DNA of 64,000 nt, from assembly GCF_009914755.1 (NCBI RefSeq), contig NC_060926.1; one strand, written 5' to 3'. Below the pieces are notes generated by a model. It ran no database searches and was not told where the DNA came from. It saw only the letters and a program-made list of their open reading frames with translations. The DNA is from the human T2T-CHM13v2.0 reference genome, Homo sapiens. A program made the position numbers and the translations under genes. Positions within the stretch are counted from its first letter, which is position 1; each line of letters opens with the position of its first letter. Shown here piece by piece: positions 1 to 11,883 of this stretch.

Positions 1-480
1 AAGAGACAATAGCTTAAGATCTAACACACTTCTCATTAAGATGTTGTCTGTAGTGTTTCCTAACTAGATTAATCAAACACCCTAGTCCTGCAGAATACGC
101 TTTGCAAAACATGTGTCTAGAATAGAAGTTACAGACTAAAATGCCTCTAGGGGCCAGGCAGGCAACATTAATGAAGGAAGCAGGCTGGGTCAAGATAAGA
201 TGGGGTGGTGATGGGCTATTGGTTGAAACTAGGGACCTCGTTTTTTTTTCAAGGCAGGATTCAGGACCAAAAGACCCTCAAGCCACTGCATAATAACGTT
301 TAGTTCCAGTGGCCAGGAACTACAGCTGGCAGTAGTTACTTGAGTAATGATGGTTAGGTCCAAGAGAATGTATACTGAATGCCTAGTGAGGTTAAAGATG
401 AAGACTCAGCATTCTCCCCTGCTCCGAGAAGTCCAGTGGGGTTATGGTGTGTTCCTTCTCGAGTTGCTTCTTGAAATTTC

Positions 481-543
481 GAAATAAGCCTTGGAAAGGA
501 AATGAGTTCCTTTCCCTGTGGGTTCCTTTCCAAGGCTTATTTC
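481..543. repeat. 21-bp perfect inverted repeat in HK2 intron
   Basis: GAAATAAGCCTTGGAAAGGAA (481-501) is the exact reverse complement of TTCCTTTCCAAGGCTTATTTC (523-543). Confidence 0.95.
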
Positions 544-597
544 CCCAGGAGCCCCACGGGCCTCGGGCACTGTGGTCAGTGTTGCTGAGGGTTGTGA

Positions 598-936
<339 letters not shown>

Positions 937-2121
937 TGAGAGCTTAGGGCTCAGGGTAGCAGGGGGGCCATGTCCTTTTTTCTCACTGGCAGACAAACTG
1001 AAGGATTTCCATAACTCAGGGCATGACTCATACAAAAGTCAGTTTAGTGGCAAACACATTCATGTCTATAGTGTTTACTAAAAGCACATTATGGGCAGTT
1101 GTCATTTTAAGGGCAAACAGAGCATTCTTATGAAAGTTTGTGCTAAGCCTGGCCTGAGGTCATGCAAAGTGATATTGTTGGGTTTTAGACCATGTATCAA
1201 AGGTAGAAAGATACCTGCTCATAGCATGTAAATTGAAACGCACAGAGGAAGATAACCTATTAAAGCATCCACACTTGGCTTGAAAGCCCTTCCTAACTGC
1301 TGGCTGCAGTAATCAGGCAGCCAGGATTGAGTAAAGGTTGGAACGTCAGGCAATGCAGACACATGCCACACAGTGGCTCATTAGAGCAAAGCCTCCCTCC
1401 TACAGTCAAATGGTGGAAAATCTCCAAATTAGAACAGTGAATTTCAGAGCCCTTTAAAAATTAATGCTGTGCCATCACTCTCAGGGCAGAGAAGAACAGG
1501 AACTAGACAACTGATGTGAGTAGACCCCTCGGGCATCTGCACCAGTGAATAGAAAGATATATTCTAGCTTATAGGTCTGTTATGTTCAGCGAGGTGATTC
1601 CAGGCTTCTAAAATAGCTTTCTTTATATAGGAGGGTTTATTTTCTTTCTATAACTTTATTTACACTTCCTTCGTAAATAGCATATAAATACAGTTCAGAC
1701 CACCCAGAGCAGCAGAGCAGAAATAAAGCACGAGTCTAATGCTGCTTGGTTAGTTCCTGCCCTGCAAACCCATGAACAGCAGCGAGAAAATGGACATGAA
1801 AGAGCTTTGTAACTGACCACTGTGATAAACAGTGAATTTGCTTTGTTTTGAGTATCTACTTTGTAGTAGTAATGGTCTATCTGGAGTAGGGAGAGTAGAA
1901 TGAGGAGCTGTTTGTATTCCTGTCACCGTCAGGAAGAGTCAATGCAGTGCAGTAGGTTGAGCAGTGGTCTGAATTTAGGAATGGGAACCACCTCGAGGGG
2001 CCAGCTCCTGGAGAGCTAGACCCCCACAGAGCCTCCCCTGTAAGGACTCAGGCCCTGGTGTGGTAGGCTACCAGCCTTCTTGGTGCATGACTGAACACTT
2101 GCTGTCTCCCTCCCACCCCAG

Positions 2122-2355
2122 TGACTGCCTGGCCCTGCTGCAAGTCCGAGCCATCCTGCAACACTTAGGGCTTGAGAGCACCTGTGACGACAGCATCATT
2201 GTTAAGGAGGTGTGCACTGTGGTGGCCCGGCGGGCAGCCCAGCTCTGTGGCGCAGGCATGGCCGCTGTGGTGGACAGGATACGAGAAAACCGTGGGCTGG
2301 ACGCTCTCAAAGTGACAGTGGGTGTGGATGGGACCCTCTACAAGCTACATCCTCA
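2122..2355 (+). CDS. HK2: Hexokinase 2, penultimate coding exon (exon 17)
   Basis: Pyrimidine tract plus cccag|T acceptor, donor CA|gtgagt at 2356; 234 bp; [45 protein letters not shown]...[14 protein letters not shown], in frame with the previous exon. Confidence 0.97.
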
Positions 2356-2439
2356 GTGAGTGCCTGATCCCAGCCCTCCCTGCCTACCTTCTTTCTGTCT
2401 TTGTTCTTTCCCTTTTCTTTCTCTCTTTCCTTTGTTACT

Positions 2440-2960
2440 TTATAGTGAATTATCAGCCATTCCAAATAGTGTATATAATACATGGATTATAGTTTAAAGA
2501 TTCATAATCAGAAGTAGGCCTGTGTTTCACCCCCCACCGTGGGAAGCCCCCTCCGAGCCCCTCCACAACTGTGTCATCATTCTCCCATGCCAGGGGTAAG
2601 TGTTGTGCTGAATCAGTCCCTTGCTTTTCTTTTCCACCCCCATATATGTAGGTATGCATCCATATTGTTTAGTTTTACTTATTTTTGAACTTGCCACAAA
2701 TAGAATCACATGGTATCTCTTCTGTGGCTGGCTTTTCTCACACAGTGTTTGTTTTGAGACGCATCCGCATTGAAGTATACAGTTGGTAGTTCATTAATTT
2801 TCAGAGCTGTATAGCGTACCTTTGAGTATGTTGTTTTTTCTATCGTTGAGGTGATATTTAGGTTACTTCTAGATTTTGACCATTACAAACAGTGCTACTG
2901 TGAACATTCTGGCAAATGTAATGCTAGAACTCTGGAGCAAGATTTTTTTTCAACATTCTA
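2440..2960 (-). mobile_element. Ancient L1M (L1ME-like) 3' fragment in the last HK2 intron
   Basis: Degenerate L1 3' motifs such as aatagaatcacatggtat...ggctggcttttctcacacag and cattacaaacagtgctactgtgaacattc. Confidence 0.55.
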
Positions 2961-3673
2961 GAGCAGGGGTTGACAGGCAACAGCCACAGGCTGTTATTGT
3001 ACATATAGTTTCATGAGGATTGGGAGGGGGCAGAAGCCCAGCCACCAACCCTGGGACATGGCATCCTCAGCTTTGTAGATGGGGAGGGTGTCCTGACCCT
3101 GCTGTATTGGGGCAGATCACAACTCTCTCTTTCTCTGGTCCATATAGGAAGGATCTGTGATCACTGTGATATCCTAGCAGTGACTCTGTAAGTCTGCTTC
3201 TTTTGCCTCCGATGACATTTTGGAGCACATGTGGCTCTGATATGAGGCTATGCGCCAGGAAAATAGAAAATCACATTCATGAGTCCTGGTCCTGGTCTCC
3301 CCCTCCAGAGTTGTGCTCCTCTGTTAGGCACACTTGTGGCTTCCATGGTTGTTGAACTTCTCTTTTACTGACTATTAGTTTTAAGAACACAGTTTGCCAG
3401 GATCTCAGACGTTTGTCCCAGAATTGAATCCTAGCTCTCCTAATGGCTGATATGATGTGGAAATTGGGCATAGTACTAGTGTCTCCAAGCCACGGTTTTC
3501 TGGTACTTAATAATATATAGTAAATGTTTAATACATTATAGCTGTCATCCTTCTCCTCTTCTTAATTATTTCTGTGTTTCCAGCATCGCTTCTTAGCTTT
3601 CATTTCTAAGTGCAAATACAAACCAATCATGACTAAGATGGTTTTTCCTGTGTCTTCCTCCCACCTTTTCCAG

Positions 3674-3818
3674 CTTTGCCAAAGTCATGCATGAGACAGT
3701 GAAGGACCTGGCTCCGAAATGTGATGTGTCTTTCCTGCAGTCAGAGGATGGCAGCGGGAAGGGGGCGGCGCTCATCACTGCTGTGGCCTGCCGCATCCGT
3801 GAGGCTGGACAGCGATAG
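3674..3818 (+). CDS. HK2: Hexokinase 2, coding part of final exon (exon 18)
   Basis: Acceptor ttttccag|C; [47 protein letters not shown] then TAG at 3816-3818; contains the hexokinase [10 protein letters not shown] motif. Confidence 0.97.
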
Positions 3819-5184
3819 AACCCCTGAAATCGGAAGGGACTTCCTCTTTCTCTCCTTCTTCCCTGTTTTAAATTATAAGATGTCATCCCCTTGTGTCAGA
3901 GACAGACCCCTTGGCTTTTGCTTGGCAGAGAGGACCCCACTGGACTGGGTTTTGTCTCTGCATCTCATTGTAGAGCTTGGTGGCTGAGCTTGGCCCTATT
4001 AAGATAAATAGAGTTCCAAATAAGGATTTGTTCACATGCATCATAACCATTCCCATTGGTTCTCCTAAAACATGAAAATGATCTCCCTTAGTAATCCCCC
4101 TTGCCAAATTCCATGTCCCTGTATAATTCTACAGGATGGGGACACTAATGAAGATACGGTTGCTTCACCTTGGAGCCTGAACATGACATTTCTAAGTGGG
4201 GTGCATCCCCCAGCACTGATGTTGTTACTGATTCTCCTGTCAGAGATCTGGGAGGTCTCCACTGAGGATGTGAGCCTGATTATCCTATAGGCAGACGTGG
4301 GGAGGGTGGAGGGGTGACAGTGGAGGAAAATCCATGGATATCCACGCAGCAGCCCCTCTTTAACCTCATCTACAAGCATTTGCCCTGTGGATTCCAGCAT
4401 TTGCCATTCCTGGAATCAAGGAATCCTGAGTCTGGGCAATGAAACCAAAGCCAGGAGTTGACGCATCCTGCAGTTGGGCCAGCTGTTGCATCTCAGCGGG
4501 GCGCACATGTTATCCACAAGCAATGGACCTTTGGGGAAGGGGGAGTTTTTAGTTTGTTTTACAAATTTTTCCTGCAAAAGTGGAATCACTGTATTTTCAT
4601 TTTAACTTATATTTGAAATTTTATTTAGTTCTTGAAGTAGATCTGCTTCTTCATCTTGACATGTAATGGTCAGTTGTACGTAATGTATTTATATGTTAAT
4701 TTGTTATGTATATAGATGTGCAAGTCTTGTCAGAATTGGCCTCAGTGTAGTTAAAGGGCAGAAGGGGAAGATACTGACTAGTCATAGAAATACCTCATTC
4801 GCCTGTGGGAAGAGAAGGGAAGCCTCTTCAGGGTGAGTGAATGGCAAAGCGGTTGCTTCTGGCTCCTCCTTCCCCTGTGGTCTTGGAAGTGTGTGGAAGG
4901 CAGGGACAGAGATGGAGGCCGAGCCAATAGACTGAAGAGACCACAGCAATTGGCTCCTCCATCTAGAGATTTTCTTGGCAGTATTCCATGGGATGTTAAG
5001 CAAAGGAAACCAAAGGAATCGTTTCAAATGGACTCATGGCTTAGAAATCTTTATTCTTAGGGCAGTCAGTAGTATTCTAAAGCTTTCTGACAAGATAAAG
5101 GAAGTCACCAAAATTTCTTTTTTTAAATTGTATCTAATCCTCAACAACAAACCAAAACAGAACAATTAAACAGCCAAATAAAAC

Positions 5185-5192
5185 CTCAGGGA
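5185..5192 (+). promoter_or_regulatory. miR-125-5p 8mer seed site in HK2 3' UTR
   Basis: CTCAGGGA. Confidence 0.6.
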
Positions 5193-5982
5193 CAACATTT
5201 TTGGTGTATTTGAGCCCTCCCAGCAAGTTTCACCTTGGGTTTGTATTTTAAATGTTTTACAAGAATTGTCCATGTGCTTCCCTAGGCTGAGCTGGCATTG
5301 GTCTGCTGACCTGTTTTTGTGTTTTTCTTTTTTTTATACACAACATTTATTTCAAACTATTGGGAGGGATGAGAGTGGCTTAAAAACTTCCATCCCTACT
5401 TTTCAAGAGTGCAGTTGATTCTGAATCTGAAAGCCCGCCTCTGTCCTAAAATACAAACAAGCACAGACATTAAACCTGGATACTATATGATAAAGAGGGA
5501 TGTAACTATTGAATTGGATACAAGGATCAGAATGGAAAGAAACTCACGATGAAATTGAACCTGGTTTTTGTATATTTATCAAACTTGTGCTGAGAATAGT
5601 GTCTGATTATACGACTTTTAAGCAAAGTTGGGTGTAATTAGGTGAAAACAGCCCAGGTCCTCCCGGGAGCACAGAGGGGCTAGGGGCTGGTCCTTCTCGT
5701 TTGCTCTAGTCTTGCTTTGCTGTCTGGTGTAGCTCCTCTGCTGCTCCCATCTGCACTAATTGACCCAAAACGTGGGTATTTCCTGCTACACAAAAGCCAA
5801 AAGGTTTCATGTAGATTTTAGTTCACTAAAGGGTGCCCACAAAATAGAGATTAATTTTAACTTAAATTTTAAGCTTGAAGATTAGGTACTATCTGTGAAG
5901 TTACACTTTTTTTTTTTTTTTTAAAGGTAGAGATGTGTGTGTGTGTAGGTATTAAAGATGTGTTGTTGGTTTCCAAAAAGGA

Positions 5983-5990
5983 ACACTGGA
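5983..5990 (+). promoter_or_regulatory. miR-199-5p 8mer seed site in HK2 3' UTR
   Basis: ACACTGGA. Confidence 0.6.
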
Positions 5991-6105
5991 AAATAAATTT
6001 TGAATGTTTATGTTCTCAGAATCAGGTTGACAGTCCCTTGCTGACATGGCTTTGCTTTGTGTAAATACAGTGGATCTCAATCTTCGGGGTGTGATGAATA
6101 GCGAA

Positions 6106-6113
6106 TCATCTCA
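6106..6113 (+). promoter_or_regulatory. miR-143-3p 8mer seed site in HK2 3' UTR
   Basis: TCATCTCA; additional CATCTCA 7mers at 3961-3967 and 4489-4495; miR-143 repression of HK2 is established. Confidence 0.75.
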
Positions 6114-6201
6114 AATCCTTGAGCACTCAGTCTAGTGAAGATGTTGTCATTATGTACAATACATAACTAGTTTAATTAACTATGTGATGTTAACTATTAT
6201 T

Positions 6202-6207
6202 AATAAA
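6202..6207 (+). terminator. HK2: HK2 distal polyadenylation signal AATAAA
   Basis: AATAAA with upstream UGUA elements and downstream GU/U-rich sequence (6245-6253, 6317-6343). Confidence 0.75.
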
Positions 6208-7932
6208 TTTTAACATTTTCCAAAATAATCAAATGTGATTCATGAGTGTTTTTAAGAGAGTAGTCATCTTCAGGTCGTATCAGTACTTCCTGGCCAGCCC
6301 GATGAGTAATTTATGGGTGTCTTGATTTTGAGTGTGTGTGTTTGAGAGGCATGTGGCTTTTCCAGAAACTCAGTCCCAGTGGAATTAGAAGGCAGCTTTT
6401 CCTGGACTGCCTTGGACCCCTTAGATTTCAAGCCACTGAAGAGCTATGGCTAGTCCTGCAGTCTACTGTTTAAATAGCTTGGCTGAAATTAGCACCACCC
6501 TGAGGGCCTCTGGCTGGTCTTGGTTGGCAAATGTGATTCATATTCAGGATATATAGCTCTCGTGAACATCCAAAAAGCACTTGCCTCTGTCCTCTCCCTA
6601 CCAAGCTTTTCCTTCTCCCCAGTAAGCAGAACACAGGTCTGGGGAGTAAATTCATCAAAAGTCCCTAGTGATACCCATTAACATTCACATGGCCCTGTTT
6701 GACAATAACCGAGGGAAGAAGATGACCATGGCTAAGAGGATAATGGAGATAGCCAATGGGTGAGGGAAAGTTTAAAATTAGACCCTATTTTTTCTGATAT
6801 CAAACTGGTGAGATTATGGGAGCATTCTCCTACACTGTTGGTGGAAGTATGATTGGTATAGCCCTTATGTGGGGAAAACAGGCAATATGCCTCACAGCAG
6901 GTTTTGTGTAATTTTCTAGAAATTTGTGCTAAGGAAATACATATAGTTGAGGACTAAGATTTAACTTTAAGGATATTGACTATCATATGGCTTATAATAG
7001 CTAAAGAGAGAAACCGTCTCTATATAATAGACCCACTCACCCTTTATCAGGGTACAGTCAGGAAAACAATCCATTCCAGTCATTGTAAACATTTTAATAC
7101 TGTGACTTGGTTGCATAGGGTGACGGCAATGCTGAGAAGCCAAGCAGTACAGAGAAGCAACCCAGGGATTAGCAACATCAAGAAAAGTAGCTTCAATCCC
7201 ACTGGCTGGATCCGAGTCCCAAAGCTGGGGTAAGGGGGCAAGTACTGGGACTGTGGAATGGGGTGGGAGATGAAGAAATTCTCTGCCTTCCTCCCGCCCA
7301 CTCATTTTCTGCAGTGTTTCCATTGGTTGAACCTAGCAGGAAGTGTGTTGGCACAGGGAGCCTGGGAAATGGAGCCTCCTGTGATATGGCGCAATTAGGA
7401 AAGTAACCGGCATGCGACTTATAAAACCACTATGTGGTTTTATAGAATATTATTGAGCAGGGTTATTACTAAATATTCTCCATTTAGTAATATAGAAAAC
7501 ATTGCCAGTATGCTGCTTCATGCCAAAGAATATTTCAGAACAGTGTATTGTGATCCTGTTTTTGTTAAAAAAAATACTTGTTAAAAATTACGATATATGA
7601 CATAAGAGTTGTAATGGGTTTCCCTGAGTGCCTCCTCTGCCTTGCTGAATTCTGGTAGAGGCCTCAGCCCCCTTTCTCAGCAGCTCTCCCTCAAATGACT
7701 CACCCCTCTGGGAGTCTGCATGCTGCAGTTCAGCTTGGTGGTGTTCACCAGCCTTAGCCAGGCTGCTACTCAGTGCAGTTTTGGTGCCACCTACCCTCCC
7801 TAGGCCACTGCTGCCCCCACTTCACAGCCTCAGGGAAGATCTGCACTCCCATTTCCCACTGGGGGCTCAAAGTGGACATAGACACATTCTCCACAGACCA
7901 TAATACTGGCAAAACATTCAGAAGATACTTTG

Positions 7933-8316
7933 TGAGATGGTTTGGCTCTCTCTCCCTACCCATATCTCATGTCACATATCTCATAATTCACAGTGTTGGA
8001 GGAGGGGTCTGGTGAGGGGGGAGGTGATTGAATCATGGGGACGGACTTCCCCCTTGCTGTTCTCATGATACAGTTCTTAGGAGATCTGGTTGTTTGAAAC
8101 TATATAGCACCTCCCCCTTCTCTCTCTTCCTCTTGTTGGCCATGTGAAGATGTGCATGCTTCCACTTACCTTCTGCCATGATTGTAAGTTTCCTGAGGCC
8201 TCCCCAGCCATGCTTCCTGTGCATCTTGCAGAACGATTAGTCAATTAAACCTCTTTTCTTATAAATTACCCAATCTCAGGCAGTTCTTTGTAGCAATGGA
8301 AGGATGGATAAACACA
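7933..8316 (+). mobile_element. MST/THE1-class MaLR solo LTR
   Basis: TGAGATGGTTTGGCTC start; ccatgattgtaagtttcctgaggcctccccagccatg; caattaaacctcttttcttataaattaccca; CA end. Confidence 0.85.
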
Positions 8317-8469
8317 CTTTTTTTAGTGTATAATTTAACGCAGGTATTTGCACTAGAATGCCCTCCAAGCCCTGGATTCCCCATGCTCATGGCTTCGCTT
8401 GGGCTGCCTCCCTGCCCAACTCCCACCTGCTCTGTGGGATTCCTCACCACAGGAGAAAGCCATGTCCTT

Positions 8470-9168
8470 TAATGGGACTCAGAAAACGATATTCCAAAAT
8501 AATGGTCCTTTGACATGCTGAATAAAGAGGCAACCTCAAGGTCTTTATATACTCCTGCCCCACCCTCAACCCCCTGTTTCTCCCAAAGCAAAGGATAAGG
8601 CTTTTCTCTGATATTCCCTGATCTGTGTAAAGACTGAACCCCCTCCTCACAAGGAGAACACAACTGCCTTCTGTCCTTTCCCTGAAATCTCTTAAGGACC
8701 GGACCCACCTAGAAGAACACAATTGTCCTCTATCCTCTCTCTGAAATTTTATTATCTGTTGCAGAAAGGAAGACTGAGGAATGCAACCACAGCTGGATGG
8801 ATTTTTTCACAAGATAATGTTTGTGGATTCCAGCATTTCATTCAAATTCCAAAGAGAATCATTTACAAGTTAATTTCTGTCTACCTGGCACATTCATTCT
8901 CTCTAATAAACATTTCCGCCCCTTGAAAAAGTCATCACATTTCCCCTATCTCTCCTTCCCCTATGAAGAAGGGTTTATAAGCATCTGGACTTCACTACAT
9001 TATTGGGTAATCATTCTGTGATTCTTCCATGTTATGTATGTTAAAATAAATTTGTACACAAAATAAAACTGCAATAGGAGAACAATCCTATTAATCTGCC
9101 TTTTGTCAGTTCATCTTCAGAAAACCTTCAGAGGGTGGAGGGGGAAGGTTTCTCTCTTTGCTTCTGCA
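8470..9168 (+). mobile_element. 5' LTR (MER39/MER34-like)
   Basis: TAATGGGACTCAGAAAACGATATTCC... through ...aaccttcagagggtggagggggaaggtttctctctttgcttctgCA; aligns by eye to 13759-14363. Confidence 0.85.
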
Positions 9169-9172
9169 GATT

Positions 9173-9190
9173 TGAGGCTGTGAGCAGGAT
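9173..9190 (+). other. Retroviral primer-binding site, tRNA-Ser(CGA) type
   Basis: TGAGGCTGTGAGCAGGAT matches 16/18 to TGGCGCTGTGAGCAGGAT, the complement of the tRNA-Ser(CGA) 3' end with CCA (recalled sequence); 4 nt after the LTR end. Confidence 0.75.
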
Positions 9191-9682
9191 AAACCACATC
9201 TAGTCTGCTCTTCTGGAAACCACAGTCAAGGGAATCTAGGACCTGACAAACTGGCAAAAAGGGTAAGAATTTCTCACCAGTCAGATTCCCAGGTGTCTGT
9301 CTATGGAATCCAATAGAGCAGATGGTAAAAATCACTGTCTCTGTTTCCTTTCCAAATTCAGGTTAGTGGGGGAGAAAAGCATTTGTACAGACTTGCCTTA
9401 GGTTTAGTGACCATGGTATATTTTTATCATGGGGGCTGCATTTTTTGCACCCATTTAAAAAATGCCCCATGTTATTGTAAATCTAGAAAGTTACCTTTGG
9501 GACTTTCCATAAAGAAGGCTTATTGGTTTGAGTCACTTATGGGATAAATAAATCAGCCGTATTTAAACAACTGTTTTGCCAGTTTGTCAAGTCCTGGGTT
9601 CCCATGACTGTCTTCTTAGTACCCATGAAAAGACACAAAAGAAATATAGCCTCAGAGACTTATTTGACAAGAATAAAAGAAA

Positions 9683-9736
9683 AACTTTGTTTTAAACCTA
9701 ATATTAGGTTTAAAATATTAGGTTTAAAACAAAGTT
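9683..9736. repeat. AT-rich palindrome with 23-bp perfect arms
   Basis: 9683-9705 is the reverse complement of 9714-9736; 9690-9715 is itself a perfect 26-bp palindrome. Confidence 0.95.
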
Positions 9737-9792
9737 AATATCCTTCAAATGCTCACACTGTCTGCTTTGGATTTTATAAGCAACGCACTCTA

Positions 9793-9865
9793 GCCTGTGG
9801 TCTAGTGGTTAGAATTCAGTGTTTTCAGTGCTCTAGTCCAGGTTCAATTCCTGGTCAGGGAACCA
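9793..9865 (+). tRNA. tRNA-Glu(TTC)-derived copy, probable pseudogene, with encoded CCA, inside the ERV
   Basis: GCCTGTGGTCTAGTGGTTAGAATTCAGTGTTTTCAGTGCTCTAGTCCAGGTTCAATTCCTGGTCAGGGAA-CCA closely resembles human tRNA-Glu; A box and B box recognisable; anticodon TTC at 9824-9826; acceptor and anticodon stems degraded. Confidence 0.85.
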
Positions 9866-11883
9866 GTTCTTTGGAAATAAAAGTCCTTTGACTCAGTAGG
9901 GGGAAAAAAAAGCATTTATGAGAGTTTAAATTACTTATCTTGAATTTACATTTCTATGACTCTTGACTTTTGGAGGTATCCAGTCATTTGTAATCCTTTC
10001 TTCCCTCATGAACAGCATCAGGTTTCCTGCTTCTATTTTCCATCCGTTGGGTCACATGTGTTGTTGGGTCTTTGATGCAGGTGACCAGCTGAGAGGTTGG
10101 GACCCTAGAGAATATGTCCAGATGGAGGTGTGAGTTGCACCCCATTTGCAACTGGTGAAACTTTCCTTTTTTTAAGTTGTCGTTGGGAGTAGTCTGGATC
10201 TTGGAAATGTTGCAGCTTTTCACTCCCGTTTTGGAGACCTTGGTTAAAGGCATAAAGGGCTTCATGGTTTTAGTCTCATATGTGTTAATTTGTTTCCGTT
10301 TTGAGTCATTTGAAGTTATGCCTTTGGTTTAAAACTTTGGTTTGTGTTTAGAGTGTGATGGCAACTCCCCACCTCCCCCTCCCCGCCGCCGCCGCCCCAT
10401 TTATTTTACTTTCTGGGCAGGACAGCCAAAGCCATGAGCAAGCAAGGTGCCTCTCCCAGGCAAAAAGGGGAGATACTGCTCCCACAGCCACGGCTGCCAC
10501 AACTACCACCACTCCTCAGCTCCAGGGAAGGTCGGTTGCTCATAGGGCAGAAAGTTTGCCGCTCGTATATTTAAAAGGATTTTTGTTGAGACCTATATGG
10601 TATGGTCAGAAGTCAGCTTAATTAAAAGGTGATATTCAGGTATTTCTGTAAAAGTTATCTTTTAGGTCCTATTTCTCCTGTGGGAACTTCTTAGTCAACT
10701 AGGCCTCTTTTTCTGGGACCCCTGGTAACTAGAACTTCATTGGCATTCTGGGAAACTTAAAAACTCCCCAAACTGGCTCTTCTAAGACCTGTTCTTACAC
10801 TTACTTAAGTCCAAATGCTTTTCAAGTTCATGTCACTTCAATAAATCTTTGGTAAATAAAGTTAGTTCAAAAATTGTTGGTAAAATAAACCTGTCTAACC
10901 CAGGCAAAAATGTCAGAATGAATGTTGACAATTTTGAAATGTCATGTCAACATTCATTCTGACATTTTTGCCTGAGTCTACTGGTTAGACAGGTTTAGGC
11001 TGTCTCTGTAGATGTATTAAAGTCATAAAACTTGCTTCTGTGATATTTTTGATACTTGCTTGATTTGTTGGTAAGCTAAAGCTGTAAGGGCTGGCTTCTG
11101 GACTCCCCCAAAACCTTACACACATCTTGCTGCAAGCTTATATCTTTGGTTTTCAGCAGCTGTATTCTGGGGTCTGGATAGGTGGCCATGGTGAGTACTT
11201 GAGATATGTGCGTGCGCAGCACAGGGCAGAGCCAAGCCCAATATGACCACATCTTCCTTGGCTCAGCTCTACCTCCTGGCCATGCTGGGAGACACTGGAT
11301 TCTCCAGGCATTGTCTTCACAGCTCCATCCTCTGTCTTGGGCTCAGCACTCGCTATATAAATCCAGGACACAGATAGGCCCCACCCTTCATAACTGCTCT
11401 GGGTACCACATTGGTATTTGGGAGCTAGGATGACTGGGGCTGAGGGGCACATTGAGGAGAGTACCTGTGTCCAGTATCTTAAAGATCTTGGTTAAGATGA
11501 GATTGGCTAATACAGGTTTTGCTTTTTCAAAAGAAAAAATAACATAAATGGCTAACTTTTACATGAGCAATTCAAATATAATTGTTAAGAATGAGCAAAT
11601 TAGGTAAGTGTAAATGGGATAAATGCTTTTATAAGCTTGCCATCATTTCAGAAATCTTTTTGGTAACTTAAAATCTTAAAGTCAAGTCATGTTCGATTAA
11701 GTAGTAGATAATCATAAAATATCTCACTCATTTCTCAGTAAGTTAAAATACAGAAATATTAATTATTAAACATAAATATGTTTATACATTTTGACATATT
11801 ATTGTACATGGTATAGAAAAGCTAAACATATCTGGATCTGTTAATAAACAACAGAAAAAAAAATGGAGAGAACATATATTTCT

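Larger units (their letters stand above)
3819..6226 (+). other. HK2: HK2 3' UTR (~2.4 kb)
   Basis: Follows the stop codon, no obvious interspersed repeats, AU/U-rich blocks, ends shortly after AATAAA at 6202; the exact cleavage site is inferred. Confidence 0.85.

Noticed and set aside
1023-1031. AP-1 motifs such as ATGACTCAT here and TGAGTCA at 28754
   Set aside because: Isolated 7-mers are expected several times by chance in 64 kb
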